64,000 nucleotides of DNA from contig JAWBYA010000002.1 in assembly GCA_038867615.1 (NCBI GenBank), positions 367,331 through 431,330 of the forward strand. The letters are read 5' to 3'. Position numbers and translations under genes: made by a program. Shown one piece after another: positions 30,877-41,373 of this stretch; the first letter of the stretch is position 1, and every line of letters begins with the position of its first letter. Under the pieces are notes generated by a model. It was not told the DNA's origin. It saw only the letters and a list, made by a program, of their open reading frames with translations, and searched no databases. This DNA comes from Sulfolobales archaeon. Lineage in GTDB: Archaea; Thermoproteota; Thermoprotei_A; Sulfolobales; AG1.

Positions 30877-32302
30877 GCCCCACTAAAGCCCCCTCTCTCA
30901 AGAAAAATACCCTGCACCTCAGCTCCTTTAGATCCTCTGGGTCGCTTGTAATTATCACAACAGCTGAGCCCCTCATAGCTAGATCCTTTATTAATTCTTT
31001 GAGCAACTCTATAGAGCTTATATCCAGATTGGCTAATGGCTCCTCAAATATTATGAGATCTGGTTTTCTAAGTGCTTCTCTCCAGATCACAAGCCTTCTA
31101 GCATTGCCTCCCGAGAGGCTTCTCATAGAACTCCAGATCGATGGTACCTTGATGCTCGACTCTCTTATCAAGGACTCAGCATATGATCTAAGATCCTTGT
31201 GACTTATGAGCACATCCCCGATCCTTAAGGGTTTTTCAAGCAATCTCCTCATAGACGCATTAATAGCTATGCTCATGCTCATAACAGAACCACGCTCAGT
31301 ATCGCTTGGTACATAGCTGATCCGAGATCCCGGTTTAACCCAGATCTCTCCAGATAGCGGGCTTCTAATACCATATATGGTCTCAGCGATCTCCCTAACA
31401 CCCCTACCATCAAGCGATACTATAGCCACAACCTCTCTCCTAGAAACTTTGAAGCTAGCGCCTCTCATCACATAGATACCTCTATCATCAATCACCGTGA
31501 GATCCTTCGCACTAAGTATCTCTTCACCATTACCAATAGAAGAATCAGTGATCCCTGCTACAGATCCTTGTCCATCATTGTTAATGACATGCGGAAAGAA
31601 TTCTTCGAAGCACTCTCCGCACGACCCAACTTCAGCAACCTTTAACCCTCTCTTGAGTATTGTGAACCTATCGCCAAAGCCTATTACCTCTCTGATCTTG
31701 TGGTTTGTCATAACTACTGCCTTCCCATCCATAGAGACCTTTCTAAGGATTCTTAGGATCTCCTTGGAGATCTCGGGGCTTAAGAGAGAGGTAGGCTCGT
31801 CGAGAAGGATAACCCTCCTCCCAACAGCCACAGCTATTAGAACCTCGAGAAGCTGCCTCTCACTAGGAGACAGGTTTGACACCTTTACACTAGGATCTAT
31901 CTCCCTAAGCCCCATCTTACCCAACGTATTTTCGACATTCTTAAGAATCCCTCGAGGATTCATTCTACAAGATCTCGAGATGATCGATATATTCTCCTCT
32001 ACAGTTAGTTCTCCTATCAATGATGAACCCTGGTAGGCCATAGATATGCCTTTCTCCAGCGCTACTCTGGGCGATTTGAGAAATACCTTCTCACCATCAA
32101 TCCTGATCTCCCCGGCTGTTGGTCTCATATACCCGCTTAGTATTTTGAGAAGCGTTGTCTTCCCAGCCCCATTCTCGCCAAGGATCACATGGATTTCTCC
32201 TTCGTATATCGAGAGATCCACGCCAGATAATGCTGTATAGCCTCCCGGATAGACCGCCCAGATATCTCTGGCTTCTATTATGGGCGCCTTAGCCTCGCTC
32301 AT
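30848..32302 (-). CDS. ABC transporter ATPase with tandem NBDs (CUT2/nucleoside type)
   Basis: GENGAGKT, LLDEPT, LSGGN; second Walker A degenerate. Confidence 0.9.
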   Translation of the reverse strand: MSEAKAPIIEARDIWAVYPGGYTALSGVDLSIYEGEIHVILGENGAGKTTLLKILSGYMRPTAGEIRIDGEKVFLKSPRVALEKGISMAYQGSSLIGELTVEENISIISRSCRMNPRGILKNVENTLGKMGLREIDPSVKVSNLSPSERQLLEVLIAVAVGRRVILLDEPTSLLSPEISKEILRILRKVSMDGKAVVMTNHKIREVIGFGDRFTILKRGLKVAEVGSCGECFEEFFPHVINNDGQGSVAGITDSSIGNGEEILSAKDLTVIDDRGIYVMRGASFKVSRREVVAIVSLDGRGVREIAETIYGIRSPLSGEIWVKPGSRISYVPSDTERGSVMSMSIAINASMRRLLEKPLRIGDVLISHKDLRSYAESLIRESSIKVPSIWSSMRSLSGGNARRLVIWREALRKPDLIIFEEPLANLDISSIELLKELIKDLAMRGSAVVIITSDPEDLKELRCRVFFLREGALVGLEKSQVQGI

Positions 32303-32310
32303 ATAGATCC

Positions 32311-33378
32311 CTAGCTCCACCTAGAATCGTCCCAATTCTCCATAATAGGAACCTTGAGCACTCCTTCAAGTATATCCTTCTTAGCCCCCTCGACATGGTT
32401 AACTATCTCGGGAAACTCTCTGGCAAAACGGGTGTTCCACATGAGCTTAGCCCAACCCTCCTTCATGCCCCACTCAAGGATCCCGCTGGTCCATGACCCG
32501 TTCTTTCTCAGCTCAACGAGGTGTTTTATAAAGGGTCTCAGATCCCATACAATGCTGGCAACAAGGGTATTTGGCGCTATATTACTGTAATCTATCACCG
32601 TTCCAAATGTATATATCACTCTACCCTGTTTATACATGTCTTCAGCAGCGTCTGTTGCGCCGTAGCTCTCTGAGTATATTATATCAGCCCCAAGATCTAT
32701 AAGGGCTTTTGCAGCCTCCTTAGCCTTTACAGGATCATACCAGCTCTCTATAAAGACAGCTCTTATCTTCACAGAGGGATTCACAGACTTTGCACCATAT
32801 GCAAAGGCATTTATAAGCCTAACAACATCCGGAACCGGATAGCTTGCAACAACGCCTATGACATTGCTCTTGGTAAGCTTGCCAGCCGCTATACCCGCGA
32901 GATAAGCAGCTTCTTGGATCCAATAGTCGTATACAACAACATTAGACGGATACTGAATATTAGTGGGGCCCGAGCCTTGTGCAAAGAAGACATTGGGGAA
33001 TTCTCTTGCAACCTTGATTGTTGTCTGGTAATACCCCCAACTGTGGGGTATTATTATGTCGTAGCCCGCTTGGATATACTGTCTTATAACCCTCTCAACG
33101 TCAGATTCGGAGACCCTCTCGACATAGCTATACTCGATTCCAAGGTTATCCCTAGCCCATTTCATCGCCTCATGCATAGCCTGGTTCCATGGCTCTTCAA
33201 TTGGTGTCACATAAATCACAGCCACCCTTATCTTGCTTGGTTGCGCAGGTGTCTGGGTAGTATTAACCCCAACCGCGATACCCCCAGGGCTTTTTAATAA
33301 ATAAACCGAGGCTATGGCACTTACAGCGATTATGATTACCACAATCAGAGCTAGGATCGATGTTCTCATGCTATCCAC
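32311..33378 (-). CDS. BMP-family ABC substrate-binding protein
   Basis: N-terminal anchor; YLAGIAAG, NAF..GAK.VNP, WYDP.KAKEAA.ALID.GAD. Confidence 0.9.
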   Translation of the reverse strand: MDSMRTSILALIVVIIIAVSAIASVYLLKSPGGIAVGVNTTQTPAQPSKIRVAVIYVTPIEEPWNQAMHEAMKWARDNLGIEYSYVERVSESDVERVIRQYIQAGYDIIIPHSWGYYQTTIKVAREFPNVFFAQGSGPTNIQYPSNVVVYDYWIQEAAYLAGIAAGKLTKSNVIGVVASYPVPDVVRLINAFAYGAKSVNPSVKIRAVFIESWYDPVKAKEAAKALIDLGADIIYSESYGATDAAEDMYKQGRVIYTFGTVIDYSNIAPNTLVASIVWDLRPFIKHLVELRKNGSWTSGILEWGMKEGWAKLMWNTRFAREFPEIVNHVEGAKKDILEGVLKVPIMENWDDSRWS

Positions 33379-34350
33379 CTACGCTGTACCAAAAGTTATT
33401 CCAAGCTCTCTAAGCCACATCCTATATGCTATTGACACTCTATCTGATCTTAAGTGAAGCTCTGCCTGGAGATCTAGAGGTAATAGCTCGGGTCTCTGGG
33501 ACTCGACTACAGGAACATCTTGAGATACTATTTTGTCTTGGAACCTTCTGATCTCATCATCAGGGATCTCGTGTGCATAGTTCATCGCGATTATCATCCA
33601 ACCAATGCTCTCAGTCTGTTCTACCGGAGTCACTGTATAGAATATAGAGAACCTCTTACCACCAGATTCCTTAGTAAAATATGCGACGAGAGGCCTTAGA
33701 ACCATATAGGTATAGGTCTCCCACTTACCAACACCTGTACCGTCTGGATTTGGCTGCCAAACCCTTATATCCTTTGCAATAATACCCTCCTCGCTCTTTA
33801 TCACATCATAATCCGGAATCTCAGGTTTAGACGGATCCCCAAGAATCCCTGTGTGGACGAAGGGGAAATGGGCTACATCGAGGAAGTTCTCTATAGCTCT
33901 GGGACCGCTGCTTTTTATTCTATAAGGTCCGCAATAAATCTTTCTGAAAGAAGGATCCGACCACTCAGGAAACCGAGGTACTTCCCTGCTAGGATTCCCT
34001 AGCGAGACCCATATATACCCGTACTTTTCAACAGCCCTATACACACGAACCCTCGCCTTCTCAGGAGGTTTTTGATCCGGGTGTGCCGGTATCCTTACAC
34101 ATCTACCGCTTGTATCATACTCCCAACCGTGGTATGGGCATACGAGCTTGTCGTCACTTACCCATCCAAGCGAGAGCCTGGCACCTCTATGTATACAAAG
34201 ATCTTGCCAAGCCATCGCATCCCCATTGCGAGATCTCCACACAACAAGATCTTCTCCAAGAACCCTAGCCCTGAGGATCCCACCTACAGGGAGATCGGAG
34301 GTTCTAGCCACAACAAACCAGTCATTGACGAGCACCGGATCCCGGATCAA
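33379..34350 (-). CDS. Rieske non-heme iron oxygenase alpha subunit (VanA/NdmA-like demethylase type)
   Basis: DLCIHRG...CPYHGW Rieske ligands; ENFLDVAHFPFVH iron site; QD..VVESQRP. Confidence 0.9.
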   Translation of the reverse strand: MIRDPVLVNDWFVVARTSDLPVGGILRARVLGEDLVVWRSRNGDAMAWQDLCIHRGARLSLGWVSDDKLVCPYHGWEYDTSGRCVRIPAHPDQKPPEKARVRVYRAVEKYGYIWVSLGNPSREVPRFPEWSDPSFRKIYCGPYRIKSSGPRAIENFLDVAHFPFVHTGILGDPSKPEIPDYDVIKSEEGIIAKDIRVWQPNPDGTGVGKWETYTYMVLRPLVAYFTKESGGKRFSIFYTVTPVEQTESIGWMIIAMNYAHEIPDDEIRRFQDKIVSQDVPVVESQRPELLPLDLQAELHLRSDRVSIAYRMWLRELGITFGTA

Positions 34351-34818
34351 GTTTATCCCTCACTCAACATTCATGTAAAAAGCTTATAAGCATAATACTT
34401 AGTTGAATCTTGTTTTTAAATAAAATATGTTAAAAATCAGTTATCCCTGATGCATGGAAACCGTGTCCAGAAATCATAGATCCTGCGACGAGAATTAGCC
34501 CCACAATAATCTATGAAAGATAGAAAGAGATACTGCTTTGAAGTGTTTAAATAACCTGGTGTTTTGGCCTCACAGACCATGATGCTAGATATTTCATGGT
34601 TTAAACACCCAGAAGAACCTCTCTATAACTCTGGGTAAGTCAAAAATATGCTCCAACTCATAAGAAAAATATTTCCCCGGTATAGAAATCTCTTTCTGTT
34701 GAGCTTAATAATATCCATGATTCAGCAGGTGATAAAGAAACTCTCCAGGCTTATCTCGTGATGTCTAAACCCCTATACATACAACAATCAACAATAGTTA
34801 GTAAATAGCAAAATGTAG

Positions 34819-35667
34819 TTATGGAGGTTCTACTCTATAGAATCTGGTTATATTTTCTACATGTATCTTATATACTGCTTCTTCGTTGAGGAAACCTTCT
34901 TTAGTTGCTTTTAATGTGTTTTCAGAGATCTCCCATGGGTAAAGGACTTTTCCTGGTCTTGCTGGGTCATCTATATAGTCGCTTTCGAACATATAGAATC
35001 CTTGGTATTTGCTTGCAATCTGGATCACCTGGTAGATCGCTGGCACGGTAGCCGGGATCCCCATTGATATAGCGTGTTCTAGAAGCCCTGGTTTTGCGTG
35101 GTGCATGGCAACCCTATCCTTACTAATCCCTATTCTTCTGATCCTGTCCTCGATATCCTTGGCAGTGATCCACCCGCCTTCTTCTAGGTGTAGGTGCACA
35201 ATAGCCCCAAGATCCTTAGCCTTTGTTAAGGCATGGTCGAGAACCATTTCGGCGAGAACCACATAGTGGGGTTTAACCTGGTAGTGGGGTCTCCCAACCT
35301 CGGCGATTCCGTGTAAAAGTCCTTTCTCTATATAGGTGCATGCGAGATCTATGATCTTGATGGAATATCTATAGGCATCCTCGGGCTTCATCCCAAGCCT
35401 ATCTATCATCTTATCAATCATAGCTGGGTGGTATCCGCCCAGACATGCCACCCTTAACCCTGCCTCTCTAGCAGCTCTGCACTCGGATATAACCAACTCT
35501 ATGGATCTTTCAAAACCTTCTGGGCTTGGGTTAAGCCCAAGGCTGGTCGGTGGTAGAGAGACAAGTGCTATGAACCAGCCCCCGGATTCTCTGAACCTCT
35601 CGGAAACCGTTTTCGCTCCTAACCCCTTGAGAGGGTTTGTGTGGGCATGGGCGTCTGCAAATATCAA
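34819..35667 (-). CDS. TatD-related metal-dependent hydrolase
   Basis: DAHAH, G.HP, EVGRPHY, HLHLE, ESDYIDDP.RPG. Confidence 0.85.
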   Translation of the reverse strand: MIFADAHAHTNPLKGLGAKTVSERFRESGGWFIALVSLPPTSLGLNPSPEGFERSIELVISECRAAREAGLRVACLGGYHPAMIDKMIDRLGMKPEDAYRYSIKIIDLACTYIEKGLLHGIAEVGRPHYQVKPHYVVLAEMVLDHALTKAKDLGAIVHLHLEEGGWITAKDIEDRIRRIGISKDRVAMHHAKPGLLEHAISMGIPATVPAIYQVIQIASKYQGFYMFESDYIDDPARPGKVLYPWEISENTLKATKEGFLNEEAVYKIHVENITRFYRVEPP

Positions 35668-35676
35668 TCCAGATCC

Positions 35677-36114
35677 TCACCTTATATATCCAGCCCACTC
35701 GCTAGGAGGCTTTATCCCGAGCTCCTCCAGGATCTTCATCACTTTCTCGGATGTTGTTAGATAGTATAGAGGCCAGTCCCTCAGCTTTGAGAGGAGAGTC
35801 TTGCTCTGAACACCCTCGATCCCAGCTATTCTTCTAAACCTAAAAGTAGGCTCCCCCTTATCATTCACAACAACATCGTCAACCACTAGAAAGCTTGGGG
35901 GGAGTGATGTGTAGTCAACCCTATCTGTCCTAGTACCCCTCCTGATAGGCCCCTTACCATATATACCTATAGCTGGTATTGGCAATAATCCCCTTATCTC
36001 CTGCAATAGCTTCTCATCAATACTCGTTCCCTGGTAATGAACCTCGCCATCCTTTTCCCACTGGCTCGGATTGAAATGAGTGTTTAGGATTAGTATAAAG
36101 CCCATAGAGATCAT
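35677..36114 (-). CDS. Hypothetical protein
   Basis: 145-aa ORF tightly packed between ndk and the tatD-like gene. Confidence 0.6.
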   Translation of the reverse strand: MISMGFILILNTHFNPSQWEKDGEVHYQGTSIDEKLLQEIRGLLPIPAIGIYGKGPIRRGTRTDRVDYTSLPPSFLVVDDVVVNDKGEPTFRFRRIAGIEGVQSKTLLSKLRDWPLYYLTTSEKVMKILEELGIKPPSEWAGYIR

Positions 36115-36116
36115 CT

Positions 36117-36545
36117 CTAGACGAGCTCCTCATGGTTGAAGAAGAGGGAGATTTCGTACTTAGCTGCTTCAGGACTATCAGATGCATGGGCTATGTTCTC
36201 GCTAACCGACAGAGCATAGTCTCCTCTTATAGTACCCGGGGGAGCCTTTCTACCATCTGTAGGGCCAAGGAGATTTCTTACAACACTTATAGCCGAGTCG
36301 CCCTCTATCACCATAAGCACTACAGGCCCTCTTGTGACGAAACCCACGAGCTCCTCAAAGAAAGGCTTACCCTTATGCACAGCGTATAGCTTCTCCGCCT
36401 CCTCCCTCGATAGCTTTTTAAGCTTCATACCAACGATCCTTAGACCTTTTCTCTCCAATCTAGATATTATCTCGCCAACAATTCTCTTCTCATAAGCATC
36501 TGGCTTTAGCATGAAGAATGTTCTCTCAACCGGCAATAGCGTCAC
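36117..36545 (-). CDS. ndk: Nucleoside diphosphate kinase
   Basis: [26 protein letters not shown]. Confidence 0.97.
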   Translation of the reverse strand: MTLLPVERTFFMLKPDAYEKRIVGEIISRLERKGLRIVGMKLKKLSREEAEKLYAVHKGKPFFEELVGFVTRGPVVLMVIEGDSAISVVRNLLGPTDGRKAPPGTIRGDYALSVSENIAHASDSPEAAKYEISLFFNHEELV

Positions 36546-36730
36546 CTCCTCTGCCTACCCATATAGCTTGAAGTCCACGGAAGCTTCTTCGAATCTCTCC
36601 CCATTCTATAGTATTTAAAACACTTAGAGGAGCAGAACCTTAGTATGCTTCCATCGTTCCTTACAAACATGATCCCCGTTCCGGGGGATACCTGGCCGCC
36701 GCAGAAACTGCACCTATGGATGCTGACCAT
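36542..36730 (-). CDS. rpl24e: 50S ribosomal protein L24e
   Basis: CSFCG...PGTG.MFVRNDG..FCSSKC...WT. Confidence 0.95.
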   Translation of the reverse strand: MVSIHRCSFCGGQVSPGTGIMFVRNDGSILRFCSSKCFKYYRMGRDSKKLPWTSSYMGRQRR

Positions 36731-36800
36731 CTCCCCACACCATGCATAATTATGTCTAAAGCTCTTTAAAGCGTCCACAAATATATCTATGGGGCTGCGA

Positions 36801-37049
36801 TTGTCACAGCAAGCTGAGAAGGCTTCGAAATCAATAATAGAGGAGATAGGAATACCAGCCGAGGTTATACAGATCATAGGAAGGACAGGCGTTACTGGAG
36901 AGATAACCCAGGTCAGGGTAAGGGTTCTTGAGGGAAGGGATAAGGGCAGAATCATTACACGCAACATCAAGGGTCCCGTGAGGATAGGGGATATAGTGAT
37001 CCTGAGGGAGACTGAGAGAGAGGCTAGAAAGCTAACAACAAGGAGATAA
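36801..37049 (+). CDS. rps28e: 30S ribosomal protein S28e
   Basis: [34 protein letters not shown]. Confidence 0.96.
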   Translation: MSQQAEKASKSIIEEIGIPAEVIQIIGRTGVTGEITQVRVRVLEGRDKGRIITRNIKGPVRIGDIVILRETEREARKLTTRR

Positions 37050-37057
37050 CTCTATAG

Positions 37058-37300
37058 GTGCTGCTATTGACGGTGTACAACGTATATATAGTTTCTTATA
37101 GTGAGAAATCTATTGAGGAGGTGGAGAGAGAATTATCCAGGATAGCCAGGATAGTGCAAAAGGTTAGGAGCGGTGTTGTCCATAGCTTCTACTACTACAG
37201 AATAGAGTGTAGCTCCGAAGATAGCATAAACAATATATTGAAGAGTTATATAGATAAAGGGCTCATCTCCTGGGCGAAGGTTGAGAAAACTCTGGGGTGA
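37058..37300 (+). CDS. Small hypothetical protein (possible ferredoxin-like/ACT-like fold)
   Basis: 80-aa ORF filling the rps28e-ileS gap. Confidence 0.55.
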   Translation: MLLLTVYNVYIVSYSEKSIEEVERELSRIARIVQKVRSGVVHSFYYYRIECSSEDSINNILKSYIDKGLISWAKVEKTLG

Positions 37301-37304
37301 GAGG

Positions 37305-40300
37305 ATGGCTCACCTTGGGTCTAGATATGCCCCGGAAGAGGTAGAGACAAGGATCAAGAGGTTCTGGGAGGAGAACAAGATCTATGAGAAAGTAAGGTCT
37401 AGGAAAAGTGACAAAATCTTCTTCTTCCTAGACGGTCCACCATACCCCAGTTCCCCTACATTCCACCCGGGAACAGGATGGAACAAAGTGATCAAGGATG
37501 CTGTTCTCAGATACTATAGGCTCAAGGGATACTATGCAATGGATACACCAGGCTATGACACACACGGACTCCCAATAGAATACCAGATCGAGAAGAGATT
37601 AGGGATATCAAGTAAGAAGGAGATAGTTGAGAAGATAGGAATCGATAGGTTTATACATATGTGCAAAGAGTTCGTGTTAAACAACGTAGAGTCTCTATCC
37701 AGAGGCTTCAAGGATCTTGGCGTGATGATGGATTGGTCCAACCCCTACATGACTCTGAACAACAGCTACATAGAGGAAGCCTGGAGGTTGATAAAGGCTG
37801 CAGAGACTAAAGGCCTCCTCGACATAGATATAAGGGTTCTCCATTGGTGCCCCAGATGCGAGACTGTTCTAGCCGATTACGAGGTTACGCAAGAGTACGT
37901 TGATCTAGAGGATCCATCGATATATGTTAAACTACCCGTAAGAGGGGCTAAGAACGAGTATATAGTTATATGGACCACAACCCCGTGGACTCTTCCCGCA
38001 AACACATTTGTCATGGCCAGGAGTGACGCGATCTATGCTAAGGTGGAATACATGGGCGAGATCCTCATAGTTGCTGAGAGCACTATCGGGAGGATCGCTA
38101 AGGAGGTTGGTATGGAGAACTATAAAGTGATCACAAAGATCCCTGGTAGAGAGCTTGAGGGGCTTGAATATGACCACCCATTAGAGGACATAATACCCCT
38201 CCAAAAGATCCTGAAGAGCTATCACAAAATAGTCCTCGCCGACGAGTATGTGAGTCTCGACGAGGGAACGGGGTTTGTCCACGCCGCACCAGGGCATGGG
38301 CCTGAGGACTTCGAAGTGGCTAGGAAGAAAGGCTTCCCGGTATACTCCCCGCTAGATGATTCAGGAAGATTCACTGAGGAGGCAGGTAAATACAAGGGTA
38401 AAGGTGCTAGAGAAGCTAACCAAGAGATCATAGAGGATCTAAGGGCCAGAGGGGCGCTCCTCTCATACTCAAAGATCACTCACAGATACCCCGTGTGCTG
38501 GAGGTGTAAAACACCACTCCTACTCAGAGCAACTAAACAATGGATCATAAGAACCTCGAAGCTATCCTCAAAAGCCCTCGAAGAAGCATCCAAAGCAAAG
38601 TGGATACCCAGGTGGGGGCTAGATAGAATAAAACCCCTCCTCGAGAACATGCAGGACTGGGTCATATCGAGACAGAGGTTCTGGGGAATACCCCTCCCAA
38701 TCTGGATCTGCAAGTCATGCGGACATAGAATAGTGATCGGGGATCTTGAGGAATTAAAGGCATATGGCGCTAGCGAGCCTCCGGAGGATCTCCATAGACC
38801 CTGGATAGATCGTGTGATTCTCAGATGCCCCAAATGCGGCGGGGCTGCCGAAAGAGTACCAGATGTAGCTGATGTGTGGCTCGACTCAGGAGTCGCTTTC
38901 TACGCATCTCTAGGCAAGGGTGGGTTGGAGAGGTTCAAAGAACTAGGGCCTGTCGATTTCGTCGTAGAGGGGCATGACCAGACCAGGGGTTGGTTCTTCA
39001 GTATGCTGAGATCCGGGGTTATAGTCCTGGATTCCGTGCCCTACAAATCTGTCCTTGTACACGGTTTCGTTCTCGACGAGAAGGGCAGGGAGATGCATAA
39101 ATCCCTAGGTAACTATGTAGAGGTATCGCAAGTTGTTAACATGTATGGGAGAGACGCCTTCAGGCTGTTCGTGTTATCCAACACCACCTGGGAGGATCTC
39201 AAGTTCTCTATGAAGAAGCTTGACGAGGTAACAAGAGACCTCAATATAGTCTGGAACGTTCTCCTCTTCGCCAAATCCTATATGGAGATAGATGGGTATA
39301 GATACTCGGAAGACGATCTGGAGAAGCTCTCAGACCACCTGAGACTAGAGGATAGATGGATACTCTCTAGACTAGCATCGCTGGTAGATGGTGTAACAAG
39401 GGCTATGGATGAGTATAGGGTGCACGAGGCTGTCAACATGTTGAGAGATTTCTTAATCGAGGATCTATCGAGAACATATCTAAAGATAGTAAGGAGAAGG
39501 GTATGGGAAGAGAAAAACACACCAGATAAGATAGCTGTATATGCAACACTCTTCAAAGCGCTCAAAACATGGAGCATTATGGCCTCGATAGCAGTACCCC
39601 ATATATCAGAGCTAATCTATCAAGAACTTGTCAGAAGCCTATACGAAGGCGCTGTGGAGAGCGTCAACCTAGAGAGATGGCCAGACCCTCTGGAACTAGC
39701 GAGGTTCAAGGATCAGGAGCTGGAGAGGGTGTTTGAAAAACTGAGAGAGATATTCGAAGCCCTAGCCTCGGCCAGGATGAATGCAGGGATAAAGCTCAGA
39801 AGACCTGTAGAGCTCTGTGTAATAGCAAGCAGCGATAAAGGCTTCCTCGAGGCTGTCGCAAAGGCCTCCAACGTTATCAAGGAGATGCTAAACTGCCAGC
39901 AGACAATCCCGATGGATCTTAGTGAGGCTGTTGGTAAGATCTTTGTGAGAAGGGCTAAGCCTGTTCTCTCATCAATAGGTAGGGAGTTCAAAGGTCTTGC
40001 CAGAGAGATCATATCATATATAGAGGCGAGGAGCGAGGATATAGCAAGAGATCTCGAGGCAGGTGTTATAAAGATCCCCGTGCAGGGTGGTGAGGTAACA
40101 CTCACAAGAGACCATGTGGAGATCGTTGAAGAACCCCTCCAGGGATACTCAGTAGTAAAGAGGGATTGGGGATATGCCGCTATATCCACAAGGGTTTCTG
40201 AAGAGCTAGCCCTTGCTGGACTAGCGAGAGAGATCATAAGAAGGATCCAGGTTATGAGGAAGGAGCTAGGTCTAAGCCTCACCGATGTCATCTCGGTCGA

Positions 40301-40493
40301 GATCTATGCTGAGGAGGATGTTGCAAGATCGATCGAGAAGGTGAAGGATCACATAGCGAGGGAGACTAGAAGCGCGTCAATAACTATCAAGAGATCTAGT
40401 GGCGAGGTCAGAGGATCTTTGGTGAGGGAGTGGGAGATCGATGGAGAGGTTTTTGTGATAGGGATCACACCAACCAGTAATACTGCTCAATAG
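37305..40493 (+). CDS. ileS: Isoleucine--tRNA ligase
   Basis: DGPPYP, GYDTHGLPIE, WTTTPWTLP, DWVISRQRFWG, GHDQTRGWF, MHKS. Confidence 0.97.
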   Translation: MAHLGSRYAPEEVETRIKRFWEENKIYEKVRSRKSDKIFFFLDGPPYPSSPTFHPGTGWNKVIKDAVLRYYRLKGYYAMDTPGYDTHGLPIEYQIEKRLGISSKKEIVEKIGIDRFIHMCKEFVLNNVESLSRGFKDLGVMMDWSNPYMTLNNSYIEEAWRLIKAAETKGLLDIDIRVLHWCPRCETVLADYEVTQEYVDLEDPSIYVKLPVRGAKNEYIVIWTTTPWTLPANTFVMARSDAIYAKVEYMGEILIVAESTIGRIAKEVGMENYKVITKIPGRELEGLEYDHPLEDIIPLQKILKSYHKIVLADEYVSLDEGTGFVHAAPGHGPEDFEVARKKGFPVYSPLDDSGRFTEEAGKYKGKGAREANQEIIEDLRARGALLSYSKITHRYPVCWRCKTPLLLRATKQWIIRTSKLSSKALEEASKAKWIPRWGLDRIKPLLENMQDWVISRQRFWGIPLPIWICKSCGHRIVIGDLEELKAYGASEPPEDLHRPWIDRVILRCPKCGGAAERVPDVADVWLDSGVAFYASLGKGGLERFKELGPVDFVVEGHDQTRGWFFSMLRSGVIVLDSVPYKSVLVHGFVLDEKGREMHKSLGNYVEVSQVVNMYGRDAFRLFVLSNTTWEDLKFSMKKLDEVTRDLNIVWNVLLFAKSYMEIDGYRYSEDDLEKLSDHLRLEDRWILSRLASLVDGVTRAMDEYRVHEAVNMLRDFLIEDLSRTYLKIVRRRVWEEKNTPDKIAVYATLFKALKTWSIMASIAVPHISELIYQELVRSLYEGAVESVNLERWPDPLELARFKDQELERVFEKLREIFEALASARMNAGIKLRRPVELCVIASSDKGFLEAVAKASNVIKEMLNCQQTIPMDLSEAVGKIFVRRAKPVLSSIGREFKGLAREIISYIEARSEDIARDLEAGVIKIPVQGGEVTLTRDHVEIVEEPLQGYSVVKRDWGYAAISTRVSEELALAGLAREIIRRIQVMRKELGLSLTDVISVEIYAEEDVARSIEKVKDHIARETRSASITIKRSSGEVRGSLVREWEIDGEVFVIGITPTSNTAQ

Positions 40494-40545
40494 ACTATCT
40501 ATAAATAGATTTATAAGCATATAATCAACTGATCTTTGATCCGCA

Positions 40546-41358
40546 TTGAAGGTCTTGGGGGAGGATATAGCTAGAGATCTGGAAGAGATCAGAAGAAAAA
40601 GACCCCTGATACATCATATAATGAACTATGTTGTCATGAACGATGCTGCAAACGTTGCCCTAGCAATAGGAGCCTCACCAATAATGGCACACGCGATAGA
40701 GGAGGTTGAAGAGCTTGCAGCAATTGCAGATGTGATCTACATAAACATAGGAACCCTTGACAACCACTGGATACCATCAATGATAATCCTAGCCAAAGCC
40801 GCTACAAAGAATAACAAACCCCTAGTCCTAGACCCCGTAGGCGCCGGGGCTACAAAGCTAAGGACAGAAACAGCTATAAAGATACTTAGAGAGGCTGAGG
40901 TAACAGTGCTTAAAGGAAATGGGGGAGAGATCGCGGCACTCGCAGGAAGCCAAGGGCTTGTTAAGGGCGTCGACTCCCTCGGCAAAGCCACCGTGGAGAT
41001 CGTTGAGAAAGTTGCTAGTGAGTTCTCCACCACGGTCTTCGCAAGCGGTGAGGTTGATATAATATCAGATGGCTCTAGATATGCAGAGATCAGTGGAGGC
41101 TCCTACCTCTCTAAATATGTTACGGGGATGGGCTGTATGCTGGGAACCATAGTCTCGGCCTTCACAGCCGTTAATACAGACCCCCTGAGATCCTCGATCC
41201 ACGCTTCAGTCTTCTTCAAAAGAGCTGCAGAGCTCGCATCTAGAAAAGCCTCAGTACCAGGAAGCTTTAAGGTTGAGCTTATAAACGCCATCTATAGCAT
41301 AGGTCGCGAACACCTAGGAGATGTCGAGGTGCCTGTGATACAGGTTCGCAAGTCCTAA
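40546..41358 (+). CDS. thiM: Hydroxyethylthiazole kinase
   Basis: NYVVMND.AN..LA.GASPIMA, INIGTL, LDPVG.GAT, TGMGC. Confidence 0.93.
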   Translation: MKVLGEDIARDLEEIRRKRPLIHHIMNYVVMNDAANVALAIGASPIMAHAIEEVEELAAIADVIYINIGTLDNHWIPSMIILAKAATKNNKPLVLDPVGAGATKLRTETAIKILREAEVTVLKGNGGEIAALAGSQGLVKGVDSLGKATVEIVEKVASEFSTTVFASGEVDIISDGSRYAEISGGSYLSKYVTGMGCMLGTIVSAFTAVNTDPLRSSIHASVFFKRAAELASRKASVPGSFKVELINAIYSIGREHLGDVEVPVIQVRKS

Positions 41359-41373
41359 CAAACCCTTAATCTT

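Noticed and set aside
34540-34610. Inverted repeats GTGTTTAAA/TTTAAACAC and ACCATGA/TCATGGT as a purine riboswitch for the Rieske-ABC operon
   Set aside because: AT-rich, ~200 nt from the start codon, and without riboswitch consensus.
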